From the human T2T-CHM13v2.0 reference genome, Homo sapiens, in the NCBI RefSeq assembly GCF_009914755.1, contig NC_060931.1: DNA of 64,000 bases, one strand, 5' to 3'. The notes beneath the pieces were generated by a model that had not been told where the DNA came from, made no database searches, and saw only the letters and a program-made list of their open reading frames with translations. Position 1 is the first letter of the stretch. Every line of letters begins with the position of its first letter. This document shows positions 32,656-46,438 of this stretch, in pieces. The translations under genes were made by a program, and so were the position numbers.

Positions 32656-34169
32656 TCAATATCTTTATTAAGGTTCACTTTAAATGCTATGACTTTATAT
32701 GAAAAACCCATGGCATCAGCTTGAACTATCAACTTGAATGTGATGTTATATATTCCCATTGCTGTTATATATATTATGAGACATATATACATAAGCACAA
32801 ACAATGTCTTACATGTTCATTATCATAACCAATTGTCTACATCTGTTGCATCATTCTTACCACATTCTGCTGTGCAATAAGATTGTGTGTATACCAAATA
32901 TATGATAATTTTTTTTGTCCCATATCCAATTCTTAGATAAAGATTTATACCCTCCTTTCACATTGCTTGTACCTGTATTAGAGTTAAGCCTCAGCTCTCT
33001 GAACTCTACATGAGAGTTAAGCCTCAGCTCTCTCCAACCCTGTCACAGCTATCGGGGACATGGATGGACCCTTGGTGTTAGTTGTTTCAGGTACATTCTT
33101 TTCCTCCATTACTTAGAAATCAGAGCCTGAGAATATGTCATCTTGGGCAATGTTAACCTAGAGCTTGGAATGGCCATGTTCAGATCTAATGCATTATAAA
33201 ATAGAGGAAGTTATGCTAGAGAGAGAGAGAGAAAGAGACAGAAGAATGATATAGTTGATCACAGAGAAGGAGAGATGGGAGACCATGCAGTCCTTTATTG
33301 ACAGATAAAATAATTTCAATTCATAGCTTCCTTGTTCCTGGTGTCAGTCCATTTTGCAATCTAGCTACACTTCCTGCCAGGTCTTTTGGTGAAATAGCCT
33401 ATAGTCTTCCATGAAATTATCTTCAGTTTTAGTAGATTTTGTTACTAACACATAAACCATCTTTGTAAGAGGCCACATGCCTATCTCCATTCCCTTCAAG
33501 CACTGTAGCTGCATGAATATCTTTTCCATCTTCATCTAGGTCAGTGCCTAACACAGAGCAGCAGTAACAACCTGATGGCAATAAATTGGTTTTACCATTG
33601 CTCACAGTCTAGAATTTAACACAATACTATTCAGGCACAAAATCAAGCTGATTTAAAAGTAAATTTAAATTAATTTTCTTTGAAAACGTTGGTAGTGTTT
33701 TATAAAAATCCTTGAGATTTTCTCTGAGATCCTGGGCTGGGAATTACTATATTAAACCAAAGTGTAGTAAGTATCAAAACTGGCTTTACATATGAGTGTG
33801 TCTCATACATTTGGAAAAAGCCAAGATGTTTCTGGATTGAGATCTTCTTCTAGTAAATAATAGCTTCTTTGAAGCTGTGTTGTATTCCAGACATTTCACT
33901 TATTAACCAAGGAGAAGGCAGATATTTGTATATTGCTGGCATGAAGACATTCTAAATTTCACATTCTAAATCTCAAATGGATATTTCAAAGCTTTCATAG
34001 TTGTATTTTTTGAAACTTCAATTTATGTAGACTAGAAAATATAACTATTTTGAAATATAATTTAAAATTATTGGTCCTGTGAAGATGGCAATGTCGTGAT
34101 TCCAAGGGAGAGTAATGATGTGTTAAAAGGTACACAAAAAGTTAATCAGAGAAAATAGATTGCAGAGGT

Positions 34170-34415
34170 TACCAGCTAGGGCTCAGGAGTCAAGCAGCTT
34201 GGACCTCAAATAAATTCTGTAAAATTAATTGCTACTTGTATAATTCTGAGCAAGTTATCCAACATCTCTTAGCCTCAGTTTTCTTATCTTAAACATCAGG
34301 ATGTAGATGCAAATAGTACTCACAGAGTTTGGGAAAAATTAAATCAAGCTATTTAAGCAAAAGTTTTGGCATTATATCTGACATGTGAAAATCTTACAAT
34401 TCATGTGGGCTATTG
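34170..34415 (+). mobile_element. MIR SINE
   Basis: gagcaagttatccaacatctcttagcctcagttttcttatcttaaac. Confidence 0.7.
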
Positions 34416-34649
34416 GTGGTATTTCATTGTAGTAATCATTATGGACAGATTTTCATCTGATTTTACTTTTTTCCTGGCTTCAATAAGAATTAGATGAAAA
34501 AGACTATAAAACTGCATCTGTGACAAAAATTATATTTATAAATTAATTATGCATAAACATTGAAAGAGCAAACTCCAATATTTTAACAGGGATCTTTGTT
34601 AATAAAGATAAGAAACATTTTCAATTATTTCTGCTGGTACACATATATT

Positions 34650-35175
34650 TTCCAAGGCTCTACTAACCAAGACAGACTTAATTTGCCCTCAGCTTAAGTG
34701 AACTTTAGACAGGTTTATTCCGGACTATAGGACCTTGACTTGACCTCCCTTTTTAGAGCACTTTTTAATGAAAACTTTTAATTATAAATTATTTATCTGC
34801 CTCTTTGAAATGTAAACATTCTATAATCCACAAATGTCTTTCCCAAAGTCCTGGGAGTCATCCCTTTGAAATATAATCATGGAAGGACATAGGATCATTG
34901 TCTCCCAGTCTCTGTGGGACCATAGGAACCTAACTTTAATAAGCAACAATTGACAAGCACAGATGACCTAATCTCACTGATGGACTTCTCCCAAAACATC
35001 CTCCAGTATTTTTCCATTAGTTCACTCCTGCCTTTAAAAATTACCTGCCTTAGTTCAATGGGGTTGAGTTCAATTTCTCTCCCCTATTTCAATAGTCTCT
35101 CTCCTTTATTGTAATAGTCTTGAATGAAGCCTTCCTTGCTTGTTTAACTTATCTGGTGCAGTTTTGTCTTTTACA
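34650..35175 (+). mobile_element. ERV1-class solo LTR (MER31/MER67/MER89-like; subfamily uncertain)
   Basis: aactttagacaggtt...gacctcccttt...ctttgaaatgtaaacat; 3' end gtcttgaatgaagccttccttgcttgtttaac...ttttaca. Confidence 0.55.
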
Positions 35176-35216
35176 TTACAAGGATTATATCTATGGTAAA
35201 ATAGAAGTGCAGAGGA

Positions 35217-35259
35217 TGTGTGGGTATGTGTGTGTATGTGTGTGTGTGTATGTGTGTGT
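35217..35259. repeat. Imperfect (TG)n microsatellite
   Basis: Directly visible. Confidence 0.9.
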
Positions 35260-35699
35260 CTATCTGTGTAGACATAAGAAAATTTTTGTTAGCTAAAAAA
35301 GCTAAAGAGGAACTGAAGTTCAATGTTGTTAAAGTGTTTGTCTTCAAACTTATCTCTTAATAGATTACAATGATTGTATTTTAGGAGAACCTGCTAAATT
35401 CAAACACTCAGCTATGTCATGGCAGTATAGTGTCAGTCCCAGAGACTTAGCAGCTAATAGATTTCTTTCTAAAGCACAGACCTCCCATCTAAGTCCAAGT
35501 CCCCACTGGCTACTGATTTATAGAGTAGCATTTGGCAAAAGACGGTCTTAATCTTACCTGGGTCTCATTTTCCTGCTTATAAAAGAGAAAAAAGAGGTTC
35601 TGAGAAGAAGTACAAAATTCAAAATTGAAAAAAGAATAAAATATTTTCACCTAGAAAGATTTTCTCTCCTTTGGTATGCAAGACGGACTTGCATTAGAG

Positions 35700-35942
35700 A
35701 CAGAATAGCATGGCTGGTTAGAGCCACTCTCTAAAGTGGGCTGGCTGCCTGGTTATGCCTTTAAGTGTCTGTGCCTCCACTGTGTAATGAGAATGATTCT
35801 AACAGCATTTATGTCATAGTTTTCTTGTGGAGATTAAAGGGATTAATACTAATAGAGAACTTGCACTTTTAATGTGCCTTGTACATAGTACTTTGAAGTC
35901 ATCCTAGCTTTATATGTTTGCTCTTATATCATTATTATTATT
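35700..35942 (+). mobile_element. MIR SINE remnant
   Basis: cagaatagcatggctggttagagc...tctgtgcctc...tgtaatgagaatgattctaacagc...gtggagattaaa. Confidence 0.6.
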
Positions 35943-38900
35943 AAATATTTTGATACACGTTAAGGAGAAACAGTGGCCACCAGTCAATTTGATTTTGAAC
36001 ATGAAAGCAGAGTCTGTTATGATTTTCTTTTGGCAAAATTGTAGGATTTTATTATAACCATGACAAGATGAGGGTCACATGCACTTCTGAGATCAAGAAA
36101 TTACTACATCATATAGTTTGAAAGAAAAAATGTGTTAACAAAGTAGAAAAGAGGCTGGTGTAATTTTGAGTAGGTAGTGTCTCTGTCATAGTGTCCATTT
36201 CCAAGGTAATTAGGTGTTCTTCCTCAACATAGTTTGTTGTTGTTGTTGTTGTTTGTAGCATGTCTTTTATTAAATGACTGCATTATAATTTGAATAACAA
36301 ATTTCCTATAGTTGAAATATTCTGGATAGTTTCCAATTTTTTATCATTATAATAAATGTGATAAACATAAATGTTATACATCCACAAGGGAAATAAAAAC
36401 ATATAATGATAAAATATCAATCTTCAGCAGATTATTTTGTAAATTCTTTTTTTTCCCTATACTTCTGGTATTAATTTTTGAAAGAGGATATTTTTTGATA
36501 CACATATTTATTTGAAGATCCAATGACATTTATTCATCCATAGATTTACATCTATGTACATTGAATAAAGATGTGTACTTTTTATGGTAGCCATTTTTAT
36601 TCTGATACTTTGTAAAGATACTAAAGGTTAGATTGCTTTGTTTAGGAAAATTAAAATGTATGGCTTTCTGAAATTATCATTTTTAATAGATGTAATAATT
36701 GTCCCAATTTTGAATTAGTGTAGTTAATACAGTTTAGGAATTTTGTTTTAAAATAGACTAAACAAAATAAGGGATATATAAAGAGCACCATTAAGTATCA
36801 CCAAACAGCTGACTTACCCAAACAGATTTCATCTCCAAGCACAATTTGTATCCAATCAGCAAACAATTCAGAGATCAAAGAAGATGGTTTTTACCTGAAT
36901 TACAAATTACAGTTAATTGCATAATCATATTAACGAAATATCTTATCCCATTATCGTTGTGTATTCATAATAGTTTTCTGAGATTTGAATGTGAAAGCAG
37001 GTCAAATACTTCATAAGGAAGGAAACAGAAAGAGGCCCATGATATTTTCACAAAGTCAAGGATTCCATGCATGACCGTGCCTGTGTCTCACTCTGCTCTT
37101 ATTAAAACTCAACACCTGCAATCATTATTTTTGCTTTGACACATAATATTGAATTTTCAATTTTAGTTGCTTAAAACATTGTCATCTCAACTGATCGTGT
37201 CTTTTATTTTTTCTAGAATTATTGAAAGCTGTGAAATTATGTGAGTCTGGCCTTGAGAAGTAAAATTTTGGGGGCCACTGATACTTTAGCACTGAGTTTG
37301 ATGAATTCTGCTCTATACTCAAATATTTCCGAAGGCAACAAAAACAGCAAAAGTTATGTAGTTGACTTTCTTTGTTAACTTAAGCTAATTTTAGGACTGG
37401 GTGTAGGGAAGAGACATAAAAATGAATGAAGAAAATACAGTTTATAGAAATGGTTATAACTTGTATATCATTCCCCAAAAGAAGCAATCACAGGCAACTT
37501 CAGTAGCGGTTTAGAACACAGATTTAGGAATTATACAGACATTTTGCCCCCAAACTTAGTTCCATCACTATTACAAGGAACAGCCATTGTTCAGATGTGT
37601 AATGATAGGTGAGAGATGCATTTTTAGATGTGGAACTGCAGAATGAGGATGATGATACATATAGAAATGTAATTGCTATTGCCAAATTACCCTCTAAAAG
37701 GACTGCATGCATCTGTTTACACTCCCAAGAGTAAATGAATGTGCTTGTTTCTTCATACACTCAATGATACTAGGTTGTATAAAAACATTATGACTTAGTT
37801 TAATGAGAGAAAAACATGAAGCCTCTAATGTTTCCATTAAATTTCTTTATAAGTAACATTATTTTATTTTTAAAAGTCAGAATAAATCTAAGGAAACTTT
37901 CTTAGTGCCTCTGCATTTCAAACTAAAAGTTTTACATAATAAATATTTGAAGATATAAAGCACACAATGAACCATGCATAGAATATTAGAAAAAGTATAG
38001 ACATAATCCAAAATGTCCTTTTAAAATAATATTTTAAAGTGGTTAATTGCATTCATGAAATTATTAAGTCAGTTAAACACTATCCAAGTTTTATATAAAC
38101 ATTCTAAATTTGCATAAATGCACACATGTTTATATTCTCCTTGAATTTCATACTTTACTGGAAAATCTGAGAATGGCCAATATTGGAACAATGCAGCTCT
38201 TCCCACGTATTTATGAAATATATTGCCACTTAAATTATAAATTTGATTCTAGTGGCAATTCATTCATTTAGAGTATCTTTTCAAGAGATTTTGCATTAAC
38301 TAAAAGAAACAGTATATAAAATCTTATTTTTGAGCAGTAAGAGCTATATATGTAAAGTTTTATTCAAATAATTTTAATTTTAAAAACAATACATTTCCAG
38401 TCACGTTATTTGCCTTTACATGAGGCACTAATTATTGAGAAAATAACTAATATAAACTTATAGAAACATTTGTTTTTATAGTTCAGAAAATGAGAAATTT
38501 AAAAAGAAATTCCACTCTGAAAATACAACCCAGTTTATTTAGGAACACAGATAACTCAAGAGTTGATTTAAAGGAAAAGATGCTTGCACAGCCTTGCCTA
38601 ATAACCTTTTTTCCTCAAGTATATACTCAGCTAAAACCTTAGATTCCCAGGTTCTTGCAATTAGTAGGGAGGCATATGACAATAGTTTCCCAAATGTGCT
38701 TAATAAATAGAGTTGTACTTTTGAAAAACAAACACAGAATAAAAGTATTTTTAAAAGACTTCTGATCAGTTTCACTTGCAAGAAAAAAAGTGAGTCTTCT
38801 GAGTATTTTTCAAATACAATGCTCCTTACTCTTGGAATATTTGAACGCTCTTGACAGAACTATATTTTCCTTATTTGTTTGTTCTGCAGTACCTTCATGC

Positions 38901-39408
38901 AAAAATAGGTAAGGCATTAGAAAAGACGATGAATCTCTCAACTGCCTCATGCTGTTTTCTGTGAGCAATACTAGTGAAATGCATGAAATAGGAGATGGTT
39001 CATTATTTTGAGTTCTGAAAATTAGTTGTGCATTTAATAGTTCTGTGAGATCCTATTCAGTGAGAATATTCAGGGCTTGTTTTGATAACAAAGTCAAATT
39101 TGATTCAGTTAGACTCCTGAAGGAAGTTGGGAATATAAAGGCTAAGTCAACATCCTAATAGGAATTCCCAGTTATTCCCTATATGCACTGGTATTTTTGC
39201 ATTCTAGAGACTCAAATATATTACTAACAGTTAAATAATACTGATATTTTTCGGCAAATATAATTACCTCTTTCTTTTACCACCATCTGCTCTTCTAGTT
39301 TTCCATTCACATGGATATCACTCAGGGAAATTCTCCCATAAGGTATACAAATGTGGAACTAACCACCTCCCTCATCCTGAACTAACAAGAACAGGGTGTT
39401 TCTCTACC

Positions 39409-39616
39409 CATTGTTGGCAAACATCTTGGAAAGGCTCAGATAGTAAATATTTTCAGTTTTGCAGCTCATACAGTTCCTGTGGCAAGGATTCAACTCTGCC
39501 AATACAGTCTGAAAGTAGCCTTATGTAAAAAAGTAGAAGTGGCTGTTTTTATATTTATTTACAAAAGGAGGCTGAAGGCCAGATTTGGCCCATGGGTCTT
39601 AGTTTGCTGACTCCTA
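39409..39616 (+). mobile_element. MER58A (hAT-Charlie MITE)
   Basis: Terminal inverted ends gttggcaaac ... gtttgctgac, with cagatagtaaatatttt and ggccagatttggccc motifs. Confidence 0.85.
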
Positions 39617-39682
39617 CCTGTAACACAACATGCCTAAGAAGAAACTAATCCTAAAACTTCTTTTGAGAGAATTAGTAATTTT

Positions 39683-40051
39683 ATTTATTTATTTAACTTT
39701 TATTTTAGAATCAGGGGGTACATGTGCAGGTTTGCTACATAAGTATATTGCCTGATACTGAGGTTTAGGTTTCTAATGATCCCATCATCCAAGTAGTGAA
39801 CATAGTACCTGATAGGTAGTTATTTAACCCTTGCCCCCCTCCCTTCCTTCCCCACTTTGAAATCCCAGTGTCTATTTTTCCCATCTCTGTGTCCATGTGT
39901 ACCCAATGTTTAGCTCCTGCTTATAAGTGAGAACAGAACATGTGGTATTTGGCTTTCTGTTTCTGCGTTAATTCACTTAGGATGAGGGCCTCCAGCTGCA
40001 TCCATGTTGCTGCAAAGGGCGTGATTTCATTCATTTTTATGGCTGTGTAGT
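39683..40051 (-). mobile_element. L1PA15/16-like 3' fragment
   Basis: ttaacttttattttagaatcagggggtacatgtgcagg..., perfect 16-bp TSD gagaattagtaatttt (39667-39682 / 40052-40067). Confidence 0.9.
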
Positions 40052-40181
40052 GAGAATTAGTAATTTTTAACTAAGGATGTAGAGTAAAATGATCTAGAAA
40101 CTTATCTGTATTTTATTTGGCAGTTCAGTGACTTAAACTATGTGGAGAGGAGTTTTAGATTTTAAAGAAGCAATATGCAGA

Positions 40182-40530
<349 letters not shown>

Positions 40531-40544
40531 TCATTTAATAATTT

Positions 40545-41060
40545 TAGTAGGGCAGACAATGCTGGTCACTTAATCAATGTCCATTCCACTCTCTCTCCTC
40601 ACGGACAAAACACATATTTATTTTGAGGGATGGCCATATAGCTGGCTAAAAACCTGGATGTCTCACATTTCTTACTTAAATATCAATAGCATGTGAAGTT
40701 CTTCTAACAAGTCGTGTGAGAGTGGAAGTCTACTCAGGTTGACTTCCAAAGCTGTTGTTTTTAAGGCAAAAAAAAAAAAAAAGAGTCAGCTTTTGCTCTG
40801 AGCCCTTCTTCCTGCCTTCATGGAATGCAGTTCTGATGCTTGACATTTCTCAGGCATATTGTGACCTTGAGGATAAAGCCACATGTTTAAGTTGGAGGAA
40901 ACTGAAAACTGGGAGAAGACTGAGCTGTGGACTCCCTTGAGGAGGTGTAAGTATCATGGTGTGATTGAATATAGATTCTTGGTTAGGAGTAAAAGAAACC
41001 TTATTTGATTAAGCCACTGAAGCCAAGATTCTGATATATATAGCTCAACTCAATACTATC
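40545..41060 (+). mobile_element. Old MLT1 (I/J/K-like) MaLR LTR
   Basis: cttcctgccttcatggaatgcagttctgatgcttgac...gtgaccttgaggataaagccaca...ttaagccactg. Confidence 0.65.
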
Positions 41061-43392
41061 TTTAGATTTAAAATAGTGTCTCTATTTTATATAAGATGAA
41101 CATGATCCAAAATTCAATTTTACACCAGAGTCTAATTTCATTAATTTCATGTTTCTCTTCCTGCTTCTATTTTAATAGTTATTTTTTCAAAGAGAGTTCT
41201 ATTTCAGAAGATTTAGGTAGGAAATTAAGGAAATTGCAAAAACCCTTTCACTGTGCTAAGGTGCTCTTACTTTGCAGGTATGTTCAAACTAAATACTTCT
41301 GTCTGCAATATTCTCAGCAGCAGGCATCGCTGACCCTAAACTAGAGTATAAAAGAGTGGGAGGATGAAACAGAAATTGAAAAAGCTCTTAAAAATCAATA
41401 AAATGTTAGGTTGTACAAGATATTGAAATACAAGACATTGCTCTTAAGAAAACAGCTAGATAGCTAGGTCAGAGTGCAGTAGGTCAAGTCCTTTTTATGA
41501 ACTGAGCAGGGAGGTTGTGACCATGAAGGAGCTGCACAGCAGGGAAAGATTGCTGCAGAGCAGGTAACAGCCTGCCAAATAAAGATGGCTTCATGTCAGG
41601 AACCACACAATCTTCTGGGAGAGCAGAGGTTTGCTAAAGGATTCTCTTAAGATTTTTTTTTTTAATTTTTGGGGCCTAGTGCAAATGCATTTCTTTCCCA
41701 CAAGAAGCATGACTAATTCTCCTGATCTTTACAAATAAATAAATAAAGATTCCCTTAAGACCTTGGTCTTGTCCACACGTGACTTGAAGCAATAGAGGTA
41801 GAAATGAACCTCACACACAAAAAAATCCTTACTGATTCTCTTAACTCTACATTATAATGCTTGGAAGTATTTCTGACAGTCAGAGATTTGAGAAATTTAT
41901 TTGAGTACTTTGTTTTAAAATAACGAATACTTTTCAAATATTAACTGTAAGGAATTTAAAAGGTAGATTATATACTAGACTATAGAGAATATACGTAACA
42001 TTCAAACACTCTCCACTTCGTCTCAAAGAAATGGTGATAATTTTGAAATGCTGCTGCATGAGAAAGTGTCTGAATTTTTCTGTTCTGGAATCTTTCCTTT
42101 TTTTTTCTCACATTGAATTTATTCTCCATGGTATAGACTGTGATGGAATGCCAAATTATTTCTTCTGAAGCCTTATTAGTAAATATTAGTCTAATCAAAT
42201 ATTTAGTCAAGACATAATCTTCCATTACTGAATTTTCATTTGTTCATTACAGAAGTGCTGGATATTTCCAAACCTGAACACACTCTCTGTAGATACTTCA
42301 TGGGAATTAATATTATTGCACTATCACATGTATGTTCTTATCATGCTATGAACATGGCAATTAAAAGCCCTGTGACTACTACTACTAACTCAGTTGGAAA
42401 AGCAATTATCCACTTACTCATCACCAAGGCACTTCTTAGGAATGCATTTCAGAACAATAATCAATAGAGATATTTATGTTGATATAGTATTGGTTATATT
42501 CATGTCTGATATAATATGGGTTACAATGACACTACAAAGTTTAACTTTGGATATGCCATGGGTAGAAATTAAATAAACCTTGTAATTAAAACCAGATAAA
42601 AGTTCATGCTTTGTACCACAGCTGACTTGGATCTTGGCCACAATAGCTAAAAGATGAAAGGATCTCGGTAATGCCTCAGAGGTAGTGGGAAACTAGAGCT
42701 ACCCATTTGCCATTTAAGAATTTCTCAGATGATCCTGAGCCTTGAAAAGGAATGGTGTGGCTTGCCTGGGGCACATACCTTCAACACCTTACCATATGCC
42801 ACTCCCTCAGCCAGGGAGGTGACTCTAGTCCACTCTGAGTTATAAAGAATTTTTTCTTTCACGCACCACATTTTCAGCTTCTCCTAAAATCTAGAAATAT
42901 CCTCAAACTAACATTAAACCAACAGCGGTGTCTGTAGGCCTGGCTGTATCGCTCCAGAACATTGGGCTCAGCCAGTTAAACTCTGACAAGCAATCTTTAT
43001 GTCCTGATTGTCCAAGCACAAATGGCTGACCATCAGCAATTAAACATAGCATCCAGCAATTCACATTCTAGCACATGTCGAACGAATCCTCCAGGAATTA
43101 TCATAACCAATTTAACTCAACACTTCCAAGGAAGAGGATTAAGATGTGCACACCAGAGTAATTTCTTCTCACTCATTCTTTTAGCTTGCTTGTGGCACAA
43201 TTGGTCCTTAGAGCAAGAGTCACATCAGAGAAAGTATGCTTGGATGCATTTATTCCAGCAATGTCAGGAAACTCATCCTGGTTAGTAGCCCAAACTGTAG
43301 CTTCTAACATGGGAGATCTTTTAAAAATACTTTAGCCCATTTCACTATGTGTTTGTATTGCAACCAGAACACATAAAAAATAATGGCATGCA

Positions 43393-43513
43393 GCTGGGTG
43401 CTGTGATGCATGCCTGTAGTCCCAGCTACTAGGAAGGCTGAAGAAGGAAGATTGCCTGAGGCCAGCCTGGGTAACATAGCAACACCTTATCAAGAAAAGA
43501 AAAAAAAAAAAAG
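43393..43513 (+). mobile_element. FLAM-type Alu monomer
   Basis: Single arm plus A tail, TSD ataatggcatgca / ataatgacatgca. Confidence 0.85.
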
Positions 43514-45239
43514 ATAATGACATGCAAAGAGGCAGAAAATAAAGAAAGTCCCATTTTAATCATGAGAATTCATCTGGGAAATAGTAGACTTTTTAATAGA
43601 ATTTAATTATTTTATTTTGATTGTAGTGTTATTCAAATTACAACTTATCCTGTTCTAGATTATTGTTAGTGATCTGTAAATGTCTTCCAAATCATTTGAT
43701 AAAAACACTTTCTAACAGTGAGCTACTGCTTGATTTCAGAACAGGCTGGACTTTTGAATCCACAAAATGACACTGTTATAAATGTCCAGGATTCTGCATA
43801 AACTCTGCTTATTTTTCCTTACTCTTAGGAAGATTAGATAGTCTGTTTTCAAGTCACAGTCCTTTTTCTGGTCTCTCATTTGGTGTGGATCAAGTCACTT
43901 AACCTTCTATGTGTTTGTTTCTTCATCTTTAAAATTAGGTTAATAATTTTGACCTTTTGCCTTGGCGTTTTACTCTGAACTAAAGAAAAACATTAACACA
44001 TGGAAATTATCCTGGGATCTGTAGATGAAATGTGCAGAGATGGAAGGAGTTATTCTATTTAAAAGAAAAAATTAGACATACTTCAGTGAATTCACTTCAC
44101 ATGTGTGTTCTGCTTCAGTGAAGTTGAAAGAAAGTGGTTACTGGAATAGACAGATGTTTACATGCATGTTTGGACTGGTAAGCAATGATATTGAAAATAT
44201 TACTATTCCTAACACATAGAGACTTACTGGCCTGATCAATTTGATTCTTCACTTATTTATTCACAGCTGAATTCTGCTTGCAGTACACATGCAAAGCATT
44301 CTTGCTGGCAGGTAGGGGAATAAAGATTTTTTAGTTTGTGTTTTTAAAATGAACTCAAGAAGAAAATTAAATTCCAGATACTTCATAAATATATTTTTAC
44401 AAATATGTTTCTATAAATTTTAGTTTACCTCTTGCTGAGAGAAAATCAAATGCATTGTGAAAAGTGGAGAGGATATGTGAAGACCACCTTCCCTTTCTTT
44501 TCCTTGACCTCTGCAACTGTCCTTTATTGCATTGTTTTTGATCTGGGTAGAGGTTATGGAAGGTAACTACTCTCCAGAACTATGAAGCCTATCTGCTTTG
44601 TCGTTTCTCTTTAAGTCCCTTTAAAAAAATCTAAAGACATGAATTAGATGCTTGGACATGTCTTTTACTTTACATACCTCTATTTCCCTATTTCCCTCTA
44701 GGAAATATAAGAAATCCAGTTTTTCCCCCTTCTGTGATTAATATAAATTTTGTGTAGTATTAATACCCAACAGCACAATTCAAAAAAAATTTATCAAAGA
44801 AAACCCTGATAACAAATCACATTTTAATTCAAATTTTATAATTTTACTCTAAAGTGACATGAAATCTTGGATTTATGGAAATTATAGATGTTTGGATTAA
44901 ACACATAAATTATTTAAGACAAGAAAGACCATTTCTTACATAAAATTGACCATAGACAACTGACAACCTTAAATTCTTAGGCTCAAATCTAAAGTGTGGC
45001 AAGGTAGAAGTATGCCCAACATACTTCCTTTTTTTCGACTTCTCCTTTGCAAAAAAACTACACCTACCAGTCATACTGTCCAGATGAAAGCCACTCAGTC
45101 TGCTTTCAATAAGAACATGAATTAAATACTCTCAATGGAATCCCACTGCTGGTTGAGTCAAGCATTCTTTGCACATCCTGCTTCACAAAGTTCCACAAAA
45201 TCTGACCATTCCTTATATTTTAACATGATTATAATTCAT

Positions 45240-45480
45240 ACATACTGAGCATTTGCTACATATCAGGTGCTATGCAAACGATTTACTTTTCCAAACTTAA
45301 ATAATAATCCCAAGAATTCCACAAGGTAGACACTGATAGTTTGCTAAGTTACAAATGTGTAACTAAATCTAGAGAAAATTGAGTAACTTTGCAAGAGGCT
45401 CAAGGTTAGTAAGTGACAGAAACAAAATATAAACTCGGATCTGCCTGATTTGGGATGGTTTTCTTAATACTTACACTGTC
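45240..45480 (-). mobile_element. MIR SINE
   Basis: tactgagcatttgctacatatcaggtgctatgc...gagtaactttgcaagaggctcaaggttagtaagtgacaga. Confidence 0.75.
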
Positions 45481-45627
45481 TTGTCTCCTGTCCAAATAAC
45501 TCTGGAAATTGTTTTATTCTCCCTGTTGTTAGTTGCTACTCTCTGTCTTCCTCACTTCCACTTCCAGAAAACTTCAAGCTCTTAACTGCTCTAACCTGTT
45601 CACCAAGTTCCTACTGGTGAGCAGGTG

Positions 45628-46045
45628 TGTATTAGTCCATCTTGCATTGCTATAAAGAAATACCTGAGGCTGGATAATTTATAAAGAAAAGAGGTTTAAT
45701 TGGCTTACAGTTCTGCAGACTGCACAGGAAGTATGATGCTGGCATCTGCTTGGCTTCTGGGGCAGCCTCAGGAAACTTACAATCATTGTGGAAGACGAAT
45801 GGGGAGCAGGCATGTCACATGGTGAGAGCGAGAGCAAGGCGGGGCGGAGGTGCTACACACTTTTATACAATCATGTCTCATGAGAACTCACTCACTATGA
45901 TGAGGACAGCACCAAGTTGATGGTTCTAAGCCATTCATGAGGAACTGCCCCCATGATGCAGTCACTTCACACGAGGCCACAGCTCCACCACTGGGGATTA
46001 TAATTCAACATAAGATTTGGGTTGACATAGATCCAAACCATATCA
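45628..46045 (-). mobile_element. MSTA-like MaLR solo LTR
   Basis: tgtattagtcc...ttgctataaagaaatacctgaggctgg ... gatccaaaccatatca, 5-bp TSD aggtg/aggta. Confidence 0.92.
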
Positions 46046-46407
46046 AGGTAAGCAAGTGATTATTGTTCTAGTAGTTTTTGAAAAAGTTTATAAATGATTA
46101 TCTATAAATTATACCTCTGCATTTGATTACAGATGCTAAGTAGTTTAGGAATCTGAAGTTAGTAAGCTTTTCTTTTTAAAATATTGATACATCCAAGAAG
46201 AGAAGATAATAATTAAATATAGCATTGTTTTAGTTTTGTGCTTATTATATATTGTTGATTTTTATATTATATACATTGATTTTATTGATTTTAGCAGAAA
46301 ATTTAGCTCTGATGGAGTTTTGTCATCTTGATGGTGAAAACAGTCTCATCATCCTTTTAAATGAGTCACTGCTAAAAAAGTATCTGAATAGACACATGGC
46401 TCTAAAT

Positions 46408-46438
46408 ACACACACACACAAACACACACACACACACA
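46408..46438. repeat. Interrupted (CA)n microsatellite
   Basis: Directly visible. Confidence 0.9.
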
